Source: an uncultured Methanosarcinales archaeon (GTDB taxonomy: Archaea; Nanobdellota; Nanobdellia; Woesearchaeales; CAZYIM01). From it: DNA of 64,000 nucleotides. Shown one piece after another: positions 1 through 10,285 of the stretch; position 1 is the stretch's first letter; every line of letters begins with the position of its first letter. The translations under genes and the position numbers were made by a program. The stretch is from positions 1 to 64,000 of the forward strand of contig CAZYIM010000009.1 in assembly GCA_964647565.1 (NCBI GenBank). Direction: 5' to 3'. Below the pieces are notes generated by a model. That model ran no database searches, was not told where the DNA came from, and worked only from the letters and a program-made list of their open reading frames with translations.

Positions 1-7
1 GAGAAAC

Positions 8-454
8 GTGTTGTATATACGAAGAAAACGTTTCAGCCACAAGGAGCTAGGCAAAAAACAAGTTGATATCCAGTATTATGAGTATTTCAGTCCACGAACC
101 AAGGTCGTAGCAGAGCTCAAGTACACCTCAAACGGCAAGGTTGGCAAGGATTTTGGCAGCTGCAAGAACCTGGTTAAGAGTGTCTATACACGGATGAAGT
201 TCACCGGAGCAGATCATGCTGAAATCTATACCAACAAGGATTTTACAGAAAGTGTCAAGCGAGAAGCCAAGAAATATCATATCCGCCTCTACAATGGAAA
301 GAAGTTAAAATGGATGGACCGGCAAAGAGCCAGCTTGCTCGGATTGGGACTCCTAGCAAGAAAAAGGCCAAGCCTGGAACATATGATATCACAGATCGAG
401 ATCACAAACCAAGATCTCAAACCCAAAGTAAAAACAATATACAAATGGAAATAG
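8..454 (+). CDS. Mrr-like PD-(D/E)xK restriction endonuclease domain protein (may be 5'-truncated by the window edge)
   Basis: VDI...AELKY catalytic motif; C-terminal IYTNKDFTESVKREAKKYHIRLYNGKKL resembles the Mrr_cat tail. Confidence 0.6.
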   Translation: MLYIRRKRFSHKELGKKQVDIQYYEYFSPRTKVVAELKYTSNGKVGKDFGSCKNLVKSVYTRMKFTGADHAEIYTNKDFTESVKREAKKYHIRLYNGKKLKWMDRQRASLLGLGLLARKRPSLEHMISQIEITNQDLKPKVKTIYKWK

Positions 455-463
455 GAGGAAAAA

Positions 464-1453
464 ATGACTGAAACACCAACAGAAGATGAAATATCACAAC
501 AGTTGAATAAAAAGAAAAAAACTAAGAAAGGTAAGTCAACTGAAGAACTTGAAAAGAAAGTATTAGGATCTGACGGTTTTGCTATTGTGGATGAAATTGA
601 GCAGAGTCTCATTGATATGGACGAAGCAGAGAAATTGGCAAAGCACAAGATTCTGTCTAGATACAGCGGACCATTCCAAAGGGTTCTTTTCTATGCAGAT
701 AAATTTAACATCTATAAGGCAGAAAACTTAACATCTATTGGCAAAAGACAACTGATGAAAAAAAATGCCAAAGCCAATACAATGATCAAGAAAGCAAACA
801 GAATCATTGAGCAAACTGTCAATGATATGCATAGAAGATTAGATATCAAAGAAGACGCAGGAATTCTAATTGACAGATATCACGACAGAATCGACGAACT
901 CGATGGAAGAAAAGAAGAAATGGTCGCCCAATACAGGGAAGAAAAAAAAGCTGCAATTGATGATAAAGAAAACACAGATTACAGGAATACAAGAGAGACT
1001 ATTCAAGGACTTGTTGCAGACGTCCAAACATATGATGACAAACTAAGAAAAGCTCAAAGGAGATTTGTAAGGGAAGATAATGTTATCAAAATATATAATG
1101 TAAAAAAGGAACGTCTCAAGTCAAAAAGAAATAAGATACAGATCATCTATGATGCCAACGAGGATATGATAGAAGTTGCCAAAGCAGCTAGCCAAGCAGG
1201 AATCTCTGCCTTTGAGATATTGAGGATGTTTAAGGGTTCTGAGAAGGAAAGAGATGTTCTAAGAGATCAGGTTGATGCAATAAATAAACTTGAAGATGAA
1301 GGCAGTGAAGTACTTAACAGAACTCCTGATCCTGAAAAGACCATGTATGAGGTTCCAAAACAAGTGGCGGACTATAATGCAAGAACAGACGAGGCACTTG
1401 CAAATGCGGTTCAGGAGATACGACAACGTGATGAGAAGGAAATAATTTTTTAA
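464..1453 (+). CDS. long coiled-coil protein, possibly PspA/ESCRT-III-like
   Basis: 329 aa, highly charged and helical; GGAGG RBS; directly upstream of an AAA ATPase; family assignment is tentative. Confidence 0.5.
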   Translation: MTETPTEDEISQQLNKKKKTKKGKSTEELEKKVLGSDGFAIVDEIEQSLIDMDEAEKLAKHKILSRYSGPFQRVLFYADKFNIYKAENLTSIGKRQLMKKNAKANTMIKKANRIIEQTVNDMHRRLDIKEDAGILIDRYHDRIDELDGRKEEMVAQYREEKKAAIDDKENTDYRNTRETIQGLVADVQTYDDKLRKAQRRFVREDNVIKIYNVKKERLKSKRNKIQIIYDANEDMIEVAKAASQAGISAFEILRMFKGSEKERDVLRDQVDAINKLEDEGSEVLNRTPDPEKTMYEVPKQVADYNARTDEALANAVQEIRQRDEKEIIF

Positions 1454-1467
1454 TTTGAGGGATAAAA

Positions 1468-3090
1468 ATGATCGAACCAGTTGAAATAGACAAGGCAGTT
1501 TTAAGAAAATCCAGAAAGGACATTCTTAAGTTGTTGAATCAAAGGACTTATTCCTTTTATGAGACCTTGGATGATAAAGTCGAAGATGATGACTCGGGTA
1601 ATCTGGTGAAAGTGATTGATTCATATGTACAATTCTTGACTGTATATGATGCTTTTCACCAGACTATTTCAGCTAGTAAACAATTCGGTAAACCTACCAG
1701 GACCCTCGATGAGTTTCTGGAAACTTATTCTCTTTATGCGGGAGCAGTCGAGGGCAAATCGATCATCGAAAAGATTCCTATAAAAAAAGAATCTAGATAT
1801 CCTGGCAGGAGATCAATTGATTTTACAAAGGTTCATTTTAAGATCACCCAAAGCATGATCGAATCATATCTGTTTGGTATTGAAAACAGCAAATCTCTTG
1901 AGAATCTTGTTGGAATGAGCCGGGACTTTTATGACTGGATCATCCAAGAAGCAGAGCAAAAGTCAGCAACAGAAAGTTTCGCAGACTTTCATGATGTAGC
2001 TAATGATATACATATCAAAGTTAATGGTGTTACTATTAATGGAATCCAGAGAGGATCATCAATACCCTCTGTTAAAAGGAATATTACCGAGATGAGATAT
2101 AAGCATATAGTCGGTAATAATGAGATGATTAATACACTTAAGAAAGGAGTTATCCGTCTAATGTATTATGATACTGAGGGCAAACGCAACATTCTGGAAC
2201 ATGAACTTGGTGCGTTGCCCAGGACCTATTATTTTTTCGGAAGACCTGGCCAAGGCAAATCCGCTACATTAGAAGCCACATTCAATTACGCACAAAGACT
2301 ATCTCAAATTAATAATAAGCCCCTAGAGATAATTGATCTAAGTAATTTCAAGAGTTCGTTCTATAGTAAGAGCCAAGAAAAGCTTCATGAAATATTTAAC
2401 AAAATTGATGAAGGAAAAAAGATCTATATATTGGTAATAGAAGATATTGAATCTGTATTTCCCGCAAGGTCGAATAAAGAAGGCAACAATGAAGATAATG
2501 CAAATATTCAAGTTATAATGAACAAATTAGAAGGTGCATTCAGATCAGCAAGCGGTAATTATATGCTGATTGCAACAACTAATTACCCCATATCTAAAGA
2601 CGATGCTTTACCTAGTAGATTAAGAGAGAAATTTATTGAGATAAGAGGGCCTGAAACAAGTAAAGATTATTCTGATCTATTCAAGATCAAGCTGACACAA
2701 CAAATTCAAAGCAATCTTGTAAATATCCGTGATAGTGAATGGAAAGATCTTGGTACGTTATGTCAAAAATATGATCTAGCAGGAAGAGATGTGAAGAATA
2801 TTCAGGTAAGTTCATCAGATTACATTTTAGAGAAAGCATACCCCTCTTCAGATCCTCATGATGAAAATTATGCTAAGGACTACACTTTTAATAAGAAGAG
2901 TTTACAGCGTATGAAAAAATCCTTCAATACAATTGATAAACTCGTTCTGGAAAAGTTTATCACCACATATCAAACAACCTATCTTAAGGCGGGAGCTGAT
3001 AAGTTTAGGGATGACGTCAATTCTGAGAAAATGAGAATCTTAGCATATAATACTGCTATGGCTGAACTGAAAAAGGAGGAGAAAATATGA
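1468..3090 (+). CDS. AAA+ ATPase (classical AAA clade)
   Basis: Walker A GRPGQGKS, Walker B ILVIEDIE, sensor-1/SRH IATTNYP...DDALPSRL, GRDVKNI helix. Confidence 0.9.
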   Translation: MIEPVEIDKAVLRKSRKDILKLLNQRTYSFYETLDDKVEDDDSGNLVKVIDSYVQFLTVYDAFHQTISASKQFGKPTRTLDEFLETYSLYAGAVEGKSIIEKIPIKKESRYPGRRSIDFTKVHFKITQSMIESYLFGIENSKSLENLVGMSRDFYDWIIQEAEQKSATESFADFHDVANDIHIKVNGVTINGIQRGSSIPSVKRNITEMRYKHIVGNNEMINTLKKGVIRLMYYDTEGKRNILEHELGALPRTYYFFGRPGQGKSATLEATFNYAQRLSQINNKPLEIIDLSNFKSSFYSKSQEKLHEIFNKIDEGKKIYILVIEDIESVFPARSNKEGNNEDNANIQVIMNKLEGAFRSASGNYMLIATTNYPISKDDALPSRLREKFIEIRGPETSKDYSDLFKIKLTQQIQSNLVNIRDSEWKDLGTLCQKYDLAGRDVKNIQVSSSDYILEKAYPSSDPHDENYAKDYTFNKKSLQRMKKSFNTIDKLVLEKFITTYQTTYLKAGADKFRDDVNSEKMRILAYNTAMAELKKEEKI

Positions 3091-3332
3091 AATTGAAAAC
3101 TATTACAAAAAAAACCAAGGAGCTTTCAGATAAAGTCAAACATTCGATTATCGATCCACTATTTCTCACGGATGCATACAGGGAAAGGATTGATCAAGAA
3201 ATAGAAGATTATCAAAATTCTCCAGAAGCACAATATCTCAATAGTCCTGAACGGTATAAGATTAACAAGAACGATTTGCGTTCAAATATTGCTAAAGAAC
3301 TCTATGACCAAGATGAGGAAAAAAATGGATGA
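3087..3332 (+). CDS. small hypothetical protein
   Basis: GGAGG RBS; ATGA overlap with the ATPase stop; overlaps the next start. Confidence 0.7.
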   Translation: MKLKTITKKTKELSDKVKHSIIDPLFLTDAYRERIDQEIEDYQNSPEAQYLNSPERYKINKNDLRSNIAKELYDQDEEKNG

Positions 3333-5043
3333 AAAGACTAAAATTCAACGCGTCCAATCTTATATTGAAGAAGTAAAAAGTCTTGAAAATATTCTTAATG
3401 AGAAAAAAATATTCGATACCAAGTTAAACACTCTTAGAGAAATAGAAAATGTTATTGATGCAAGTGTTCTCGGAGATCAACTATTTTATAATGTTCAACA
3501 ACTTGAAACAATAACTGAAAAATGGAAAAAAGAGGGGCGTAAAGAAGAAAGCACATTAGATAAATATTTTAAAGCTGTGTTCGGCTATAGAGATTCTTAT
3601 GACTCCACAGTTGCCCACATCTTAAAAAAGAACCGCAAACAGGTTGACCGTGCCTTAAAGGATTTTGGCAAGGAGAAGGATCCCGAGGTTTTAAAAGAGA
3701 AAAGAGTGAAGGCTATTTCTCTTTCTGCAGCATATAGGGATCTTTATGAAAGTCTCAGTCTTTTTTCCCAGAAAAAGGACAAGACCTATAACAATGCCTT
3801 GGAGTTCCAGGAATTTCATAGGGAGTGTGGTATTGTTATTGAGGCATTTGAAAGTTTAAAATCCAATTATTCCATTGCTGATATTTCCTCAAAGAACGAT
3901 CTTGACTTTTTTTATGATCGTTGTAAGGACATGGTCGCGGGATTGGAAACCCAAGAAAAGAAATATGGTTTTAGGATCATAGATTTCAAGAATAAGATAG
4001 ATGATTTCAAGAATTCTCTTAGCGGGGATTGTTTAGAGTTTGAAGAATCTGTAGAAAAAAGGAGTTCATTGCAAGAAGATAATAAAAAAATTAAGGATTT
4101 AATTCCTAAGCTAGAAGAAATGTCTGGAAATCTAAGTGTCTTGTATGAAAATAATCTGTTGATAGAGGATGCAATAAAGCTGATTGAGTATAGCGATTCA
4201 AATAATACTAACAAATTCACAAAAAAACTCAGAGAGAAAAACAAACAACTGGTTAATCAGGCGAATGGCATATTGAATAGGATTTATTTGAAGACTAATG
4301 AAGAGTTTGCAGATATCAATGCTTTGTTTTCAAAGGAACCTGAATCTGTACTTGAGATCGATAGTTACTTGTCAAATCTTGACAAAGGAGAACAAAGAAT
4401 TCAGGCACTCCAGTCTTTTAAGATCTCAATCGGTTCGAAGATCAAGGATTTTGATGAAAAATTACAAACTATAAGTAAGAAAAGGGATTACTTGGAAGGT
4501 ATTAAGCAAAAAGCTCTGGAGATATCTAGTGAGACCAAGTCTTTAAAGACAAGGGATCACAGCCAAATCTATAGGGATATGTTCGATGAATACAGCAGGG
4601 ACCCGTATCTTTCAGAACTAGTGGTAGGTTACAAAGAGATTGCTAATAGAGTAAAGAATGATAAGAGAAAAGAACTTGAAAAGAGCAGGGAGCCTGATTC
4701 TTCTAATTTTTATCTCAGCGACTTTATCATCGATGAATTACCTTATCCTCCATCAGGAAAGATCTCTAGCCTAAAGCATGCACTTATGGGTGTTCAGGAC
4801 AACACAGGTGTCGGCCGCTTGGCAAGATTCTTAATAAAACTTGAACATCTTGAGCCAGCTGATAAGGTAGACGAAGTCGAATATGTCCGTGGATTGAGAT
4901 TAGGCTTGAAACAGGCTCTCAAACATGGGCCTTTGGCAAGAGAGATAAATGGAGAAGCAGAGAACCAGAAACTTATTAATGATGTTTATAATGGAATTAA
5001 TGATTATATTTCAAGATCAGAAAATAACCTCGGATTCTCTTAA
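3325..5043 (+). CDS. large alpha-helical/coiled-coil hypothetical protein
   Basis: long ORF rich in K/E; start taken at MDEKT after GAGG. Confidence 0.75.
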   Translation: MDEKTKIQRVQSYIEEVKSLENILNEKKIFDTKLNTLREIENVIDASVLGDQLFYNVQQLETITEKWKKEGRKEESTLDKYFKAVFGYRDSYDSTVAHILKKNRKQVDRALKDFGKEKDPEVLKEKRVKAISLSAAYRDLYESLSLFSQKKDKTYNNALEFQEFHRECGIVIEAFESLKSNYSIADISSKNDLDFFYDRCKDMVAGLETQEKKYGFRIIDFKNKIDDFKNSLSGDCLEFEESVEKRSSLQEDNKKIKDLIPKLEEMSGNLSVLYENNLLIEDAIKLIEYSDSNNTNKFTKKLREKNKQLVNQANGILNRIYLKTNEEFADINALFSKEPESVLEIDSYLSNLDKGEQRIQALQSFKISIGSKIKDFDEKLQTISKKRDYLEGIKQKALEISSETKSLKTRDHSQIYRDMFDEYSRDPYLSELVVGYKEIANRVKNDKRKELEKSREPDSSNFYLSDFIIDELPYPPSGKISSLKHALMGVQDNTGVGRLARFLIKLEHLEPADKVDEVEYVRGLRLGLKQALKHGPLAREINGEAENQKLINDVYNGINDYISRSENNLGFS

Positions 5044-5057
5044 ATATAGGACATATG

Positions 5058-5072
5058 GAAAAGATTTAAATA
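5058..5072 (+). promoter_or_regulatory. putative archaeal BRE-TATA promoter
   Basis: GAAAAGATTTAAATA about 50 nt upstream of the 5124 start; GGGGGG RBS follows. Confidence 0.5.
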
Positions 5073-5123
5073 CGTTATTGCCTTTCCAGTAGTTAATCAA
5101 ATAAGAGTTCGGGGGGATGGCAA

Positions 5124-7418
5124 ATGGAAATGGATCCGACGAAACCTTTGGAGTATCTTGACCCATTAATTAGAAGGTTATTAAAAGGATTACATGCAGA
5201 AAATCCTAACATAAAATATGACTACAATATATCCTTCTGTAGCATAGGTAAGATTGCCCGCTGGTCAACCGGAGGAGTTCTGGATATTCGACCTTTAAAA
5301 AATCCTTTCTTTATAGACGAACTCTTTCTCTTCAGTTCAGATGAAAGAAAGGCTATTGAGTTTAGAAACCAAATATTAGCTGATGAAGAAGTTTACAACA
5401 AGAATATTGAAATTACTGCAGGTTCTCTGGATAATATTGTCAATTATAATAAAAAAATAGATATAAGTATCATAACATCAGCCAATGAAAAAGAATACTG
5501 GAGCTGGTGTGGAAAGCATAACATGATACCTAACAGGCAGATAATGTCCCTTCTCAACGCAGGGCCCATAAAAGAGATAGCTAAGCAATTCAATTCCGAT
5601 TATGAAGGTCATGTACTGATTGTATCCAACGAAGTTGAACCATTATGCTCTGTTTTTGCCCAAAACTCAGATATTGATCCAAGAAAAATATCTGGACTGG
5701 GACATATAGACCTGGTTCGGTTGCGAAGAATACTGCAAAAAAGAGAAGAAAATAAGATTGGAGAAGAGATTGGCAGGTTAATACAAGCAGGGGAACAGTA
5801 CAATCGTAGGGGCACTAAGCTTAAGATAAAAGGTGCATACGTAGTGGGTAATCACTCAAATCCCTGGGTCATTTTAAAAGATTTAACAATAAACAACGAT
5901 CCAAGATTAGCAGCAAGTTACATAAAGAGAAATAAAGATATACAAGAAGAGCTTAACAGGCATGCAGGGATACAATATGGTCTTGAACTATACACAGAAC
6001 AAGAAACTAAGATAGCTATCGTTGAATCAGTTCTTGCACTAATGGACGAAAAAACTGAAGTGTGCAATTCAATACTTCATAGAGTTTCTGCAGATTATGC
6101 ATTGTATGCTCTACAGCCAACCACGTATCAAAACTATTTCAGCATTGCAAAAAATCATGGTAATTGGATAAACACGCTAGTAGAACATGATAAAGAAGAA
6201 TTCAACAGAAGGACTAAAAGCACAGAATACATGCTGGAGATATTAACTGGCAGGATTGGCGGATCTGAGCTTGAAAATTACATCTATGACATACTCAGAC
6301 AATCCAAAGGGCCAGATTCCAGAGTATCTAGAGGAATTGTTCAAAAAAAGGCAAGACAACTATCTGATAATTTCCTAAGGTCAATAAATGATGAAGCTCC
6401 GATTGAAAAGGTACACATCCATTTCCCAGACACTGAAATCAAACAAAGGGAAAAACCTAAGCCAAAAGAGATCATAATCTCTGATGACGATAAAAACCAA
6501 GAGTATGCAGAGCTGGGTCTTGAAGGAATATTGGTTGCTCCTGTTGCAAGCACTAAACAGGATTTAATAGGCGTATATAAACTCGAAGACTTTTCTATGA
6601 TGACTTCGTTTGATGTTAATTGTATTGATAAAATACTCCTTGAAGGCAGATATCTAGTCATGCTTAGGAAAGTTAAGAATAAAATAGATAAATATGATTA
6701 TGAAATTGCAGTCGGCAATCTTAGAACAGGAGATATGTTCTCACACAGTCTTCAAGATGCGAGTGATGTAATTGGTATAAATTTGGAAAATCAGGCTATA
6801 GATATTGCATATATTGATAAAAAAAGAAACCATTGGTGGGTTTCTTTTGATATTGCTCAGGAATCTGAAAAATGCCTTTATGAATCCAACAGAATAAATA
6901 CAGAATTTCCAAAAGGAGGTTCTAATGCGGCTTTTGCCAAATTAGAAAATGAGGTACAGCTTCTAATAGGGGGCATGGGTAAAATAACGAGGATAAATGG
7001 GCAAGGTCAATCCCTAGAGGCTCTTAATGGAGCAGAAAGTTCTTTGTTCAACATAAAAGCATATCAGAATTATGTTTTTGCAAGCACTATTGATGACAAG
7101 GTTTTTATGTGGGATATTAATAAACCCGCCAAACCTCAGAGTTTTGAAAGTATACTGGGGGAATATGATGTTGATAAAAATCTGAGGCTTGCAATTTTAC
7201 CAGATAACAAGCTTGAAATCAAGGATTTGAAAGGGGGACAAGATGTCAACTATGATTACTCATTTGATCTAGCCAACGATGTCCACCTATTCGATAATGG
7301 AATCCTCTTAATTGGAGAAACAGATAGTTATTTCCAACCAAATGATAAAAGGTTAAGTCCAACAATGATGAAAATAAAGAAAATATACATCGAACCACAA
7401 TATCTTATTAAGAAATGA
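5124..7418 (+). CDS. LDH/MDH-like domain fused to a C-terminal WD40-like beta-propeller
   Basis: LIVSNEVE...IDPRKISGLGHIDLVRL and AYVVGNHS match the LDH/MDH NPVD, LDxxR and GEHG motifs; VFASTIDDKVFMWDI is WD40-like. Confidence 0.7.
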   Translation: MEMDPTKPLEYLDPLIRRLLKGLHAENPNIKYDYNISFCSIGKIARWSTGGVLDIRPLKNPFFIDELFLFSSDERKAIEFRNQILADEEVYNKNIEITAGSLDNIVNYNKKIDISIITSANEKEYWSWCGKHNMIPNRQIMSLLNAGPIKEIAKQFNSDYEGHVLIVSNEVEPLCSVFAQNSDIDPRKISGLGHIDLVRLRRILQKREENKIGEEIGRLIQAGEQYNRRGTKLKIKGAYVVGNHSNPWVILKDLTINNDPRLAASYIKRNKDIQEELNRHAGIQYGLELYTEQETKIAIVESVLALMDEKTEVCNSILHRVSADYALYALQPTTYQNYFSIAKNHGNWINTLVEHDKEEFNRRTKSTEYMLEILTGRIGGSELENYIYDILRQSKGPDSRVSRGIVQKKARQLSDNFLRSINDEAPIEKVHIHFPDTEIKQREKPKPKEIIISDDDKNQEYAELGLEGILVAPVASTKQDLIGVYKLEDFSMMTSFDVNCIDKILLEGRYLVMLRKVKNKIDKYDYEIAVGNLRTGDMFSHSLQDASDVIGINLENQAIDIAYIDKKRNHWWVSFDIAQESEKCLYESNRINTEFPKGGSNAAFAKLENEVQLLIGGMGKITRINGQGQSLEALNGAESSLFNIKAYQNYVFASTIDDKVFMWDINKPAKPQSFESILGEYDVDKNLRLAILPDNKLEIKDLKGGQDVNYDYSFDLANDVHLFDNGILLIGETDSYFQPNDKRLSPTMMKIKKIYIEPQYLIKK

Positions 7419-8326
7419 GGTTATCAAGAATGACGCAATATAGCATAGATGTGGATATCGCATCAGATATTGGAATTCAAAGGGATGAAGAATTTCAAAA
7501 AAACGAAGATTGTGCAAAAGTCTGGATAACAGAGGTAAGGAATTCATTTGGTTCAAATAAGATTGTTTCCTATCCTAAAGAAGAAACCATACGCTATGTC
7601 TTAGCAGCGCTTGCAGACGGTCACGGTGATGGCGGCCACATAGCCAGTAAGATTGCAGTTCATAAGGTAATTCACTCCATCAATAAATTCTTCATGAACC
7701 GTTCATCAATGTACTTTGGTGAAACCGAAAAAGATAAGAGAAAGATTGAGGGTAAACTTAGGAATGCCATTACAAATGTCAATCAAACTCTATTGAAGAA
7801 AAAAGAAAAAAGCCAGGGGCTTACAAAGATGGGTACTACTCTAGATGTGTTATTGATGCTTTATACAGGAGATTATTTCATAGGTCACGTAGGAGATGGA
7901 AGAATATATCGACAAGATCGATTAGGTATGTTCCGGCTTACTGAAGATCACAGTGGTTATTTTGAGTTTGAGGGTAAACCTACTAAAGACGAAGAACTTT
8001 ATCTCAATTATGTAGGTTTAAAATCAGCACCAAGAGCTCTGGGAAAAAGGAAAAATTTACCCTCTGAAATCAGCAGAGGTAAATTTCAACATGGTGATAC
8101 GTATGTTTTGATGAGTGATGGAATCTACAATGCAACCCATCATGATGAGATCAGTGAGATTTTAAAAAATCCTCAAGGTACGGCTCAGGAGTTAGTTGAT
8201 AGAAGTAATAAACCCGATAAGGTTATCCAGGTTTTAGAAAAATATGATGATATAAATAAAGAGAATTTATATGAATCAGTTGCAGGTGCAGATAACGCCT
8301 CGGCTATAGTGATAAGAATCGATTAG
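7415..8326 (+). CDS. PP2C/PPM-family Ser/Thr protein phosphatase
   Basis: NED, LADGHG, MGTT, HVGDGR, LTEDH, MSDG and DNAS motifs. Confidence 0.92.
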   Translation: MRLSRMTQYSIDVDIASDIGIQRDEEFQKNEDCAKVWITEVRNSFGSNKIVSYPKEETIRYVLAALADGHGDGGHIASKIAVHKVIHSINKFFMNRSSMYFGETEKDKRKIEGKLRNAITNVNQTLLKKKEKSQGLTKMGTTLDVLLMLYTGDYFIGHVGDGRIYRQDRLGMFRLTEDHSGYFEFEGKPTKDEELYLNYVGLKSAPRALGKRKNLPSEISRGKFQHGDTYVLMSDGIYNATHHDEISEILKNPQGTAQELVDRSNKPDKVIQVLEKYDDINKENLYESVAGADNASAIVIRID

Positions 8327-8337
8327 GAGGGAACAGA

Positions 8338-9846
8338 ATGGATTTACATGGCGCTAAAAAATTATTGAGAGGATTTACATATCAGAAAAAACCAAGCTTT
8401 AGTAATATTTATGCACCTGGTGAAGAGGGATCACAAGGGAATGTATTTTTTGCTGATAGTCTACAATTAGGGCCTGTTGCAATAAAGATAGGCGAAAGAA
8501 AACAGGTTGGCGAAAAAGTTGCAGACTTATTCAAGAGAGAAGCCCAGATAATGAGCCAAAAGCTTGAGTATATTGTCACAGTCCATAAATATGAACTCAC
8601 ACCCAATAAGACTCCTGTTTTAATTATGGAGAAGGGCTTAAGGAACCATAAAAATGCTATCCTGGATAATGAACTTGAGCTTGAAGATGGAAGTATATAT
8701 GATATAACCTTTGAAGATAAGGAGCATGTCTTGGGAAATATTTGCGAAGGTCTCTGTAATTTCACAAAAAGTTTGACTGCAGAGGGACTTGGAGCGCATA
8801 GGGACCTAAAACCATCAAACATAATCCTTTTTTACGATTATGATCTGCAAAGGCCAATTGCAAAAATAGGCGATTTTGGTCTTGCAGTCATCAGCAGCAA
8901 GAGCACATCTGCCAAGGGTACTATTGAATATAGAGCCCCAGAGATTTCACGAGGCAGGAAAACCCATCCTGACTGGAAAGCTGACCAATTCAGCCTCGGA
9001 TTGGTTGCAGTCTATAATTTTTCAGGAACAACACCTTTTGAAAGAAAAATGGGTGAACTTGTTGATGCTATGGATCCTTATGATGCAGAAAATGAGATGG
9101 CAGAATACAAGAAGAAGTTCAATCCTGAAACAGATGTTGATTTTAAGGGTTTTGAAAAATATTCAGAGTTTATTATCAGATTACTACAGTTGAATCCAAA
9201 AAACAGATATCAATCTACAGATGAAATGTTGCAGAGCTTCAGAAAAGCAAGTGCATTTGACTTAACAGAGGAGTATAGGACTTATGATAAGCAATTGACA
9301 ACTGTGGTTAATAAAAAAACCAAGTTAACTAAAGGTGACTTTGGAAAGATAAGTACTGCTATTAAAGGCATAAAACAGCTTGCCGAAGAAGGCCTTGATT
9401 CTAAATTAGTTGAAACATCTAAGAAAAATATTAGGGATAAAATTAGTTTGGACAGAAATGCCATTGTTAAGGATTATGCAAACAAGTTAAGAGAAGCTAT
9501 ACCCTCTGACATGAGTAATGTCTCTGATGCAACCATTACAGATATATCTGGAATATTGGATAAGTTCGAAAAAGATGTTTCTCCATATGTACAAAAAGGT
9601 GTAAAAAAAGAATTTGAGCCAATAAAGAACCAGGTCAATAGCTTTATGTCAAGTTACAGGGACCATAGCAATAGATTGATTGAGGATATCAAAGGATTCT
9701 TTGGTTCCACTAATGGAAAACGCTTCACAGAAACAGAAAAGAACAAGCTTGAGAAAAGAAAAAAAGATTATGATTCAAAACTGGATATAATCGAATCTGC
9801 TTGTAAAGCTTGGAAAGGCAAGATGAAAGATTGGGATGAGCTTTAA
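8338..9846 (+). CDS. Hanks-type Ser/Thr protein kinase with helical C-terminal tail
   Basis: VAIK, HRDLKPSN, DFGL, GTIEYRAPE, DQFSLG and subdomain XI Arg. Confidence 0.95.
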   Translation: MDLHGAKKLLRGFTYQKKPSFSNIYAPGEEGSQGNVFFADSLQLGPVAIKIGERKQVGEKVADLFKREAQIMSQKLEYIVTVHKYELTPNKTPVLIMEKGLRNHKNAILDNELELEDGSIYDITFEDKEHVLGNICEGLCNFTKSLTAEGLGAHRDLKPSNIILFYDYDLQRPIAKIGDFGLAVISSKSTSAKGTIEYRAPEISRGRKTHPDWKADQFSLGLVAVYNFSGTTPFERKMGELVDAMDPYDAENEMAEYKKKFNPETDVDFKGFEKYSEFIIRLLQLNPKNRYQSTDEMLQSFRKASAFDLTEEYRTYDKQLTTVVNKKTKLTKGDFGKISTAIKGIKQLAEEGLDSKLVETSKKNIRDKISLDRNAIVKDYANKLREAIPSDMSNVSDATITDISGILDKFEKDVSPYVQKGVKKEFEPIKNQVNSFMSSYRDHSNRLIEDIKGFFGSTNGKRFTETEKNKLEKRKKDYDSKLDIIESACKAWKGKMKDWDEL

Positions 9847-9858
9847 GAGAATGAAAAA

Positions 9859-10281
9859 GTGTCGCTTACCCAAGAAGTTAAAGAAATAAGGGAAAAGTTA
9901 AGCGAGTTAGAGTTCAAGCTAAAGGATCCTGATGAAGAAGCAGTTTCTAATGATGCAGCAAAGCTTCGTGAAAAAGGATTCAATGCGCGAGTCTGGGGAG
10001 AAGATCCTGAACAGGCCATCAAATTCTACCAACAAGCCTTGGAAATTGATCCAGACTATGTTAAAGCCCTTATTGAGATGGGAATTGCAAAAAAAGATAT
10101 CGGAGATCACAAAGGTGCTTTGGACGCCTTTAACAAAGCAGAGGTAATAAGGCCCGGCAACCCAGATATATACAGGTTCAGGGGCGATCTTTATTATTCT
10201 ATGGGCGAAATGGACAAAGCAAGTAAGGATTACTCCAGATGTATGAACATCGTTGATGCTGACTTTAAGAAAGGAACTTGA
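9859..10281 (+). CDS. leader-tagged TPR protein (array member 1)
   Basis: GTG start, MSLTQEVKEIREKL leader; TPR motifs such as AIKFYQQALEIDPD. Confidence 0.85.
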   Translation: MSLTQEVKEIREKLSELEFKLKDPDEEAVSNDAAKLREKGFNARVWGEDPEQAIKFYQQALEIDPDYVKALIEMGIAKKDIGDHKGALDAFNKAEVIRPGNPDIYRFRGDLYYSMGEMDKASKDYSRCMNIVDADFKKGT

Positions 10282-10285
10282 AAAG

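Noticed and set aside
3087..3140. MKLKTITKKTKEL (and the kinase start MDLHGAKKLLRG) partly match the leader
   Set aside because: They lack the acidic E-E-D/E-I block; too weak to count without an HMM score.
464..9846. Contractile injection system or provirus as the machinery for the tagged proteins
   Set aside because: No sheath, tube, baseplate, capsid, terminase or integrase genes were recognised in the window.
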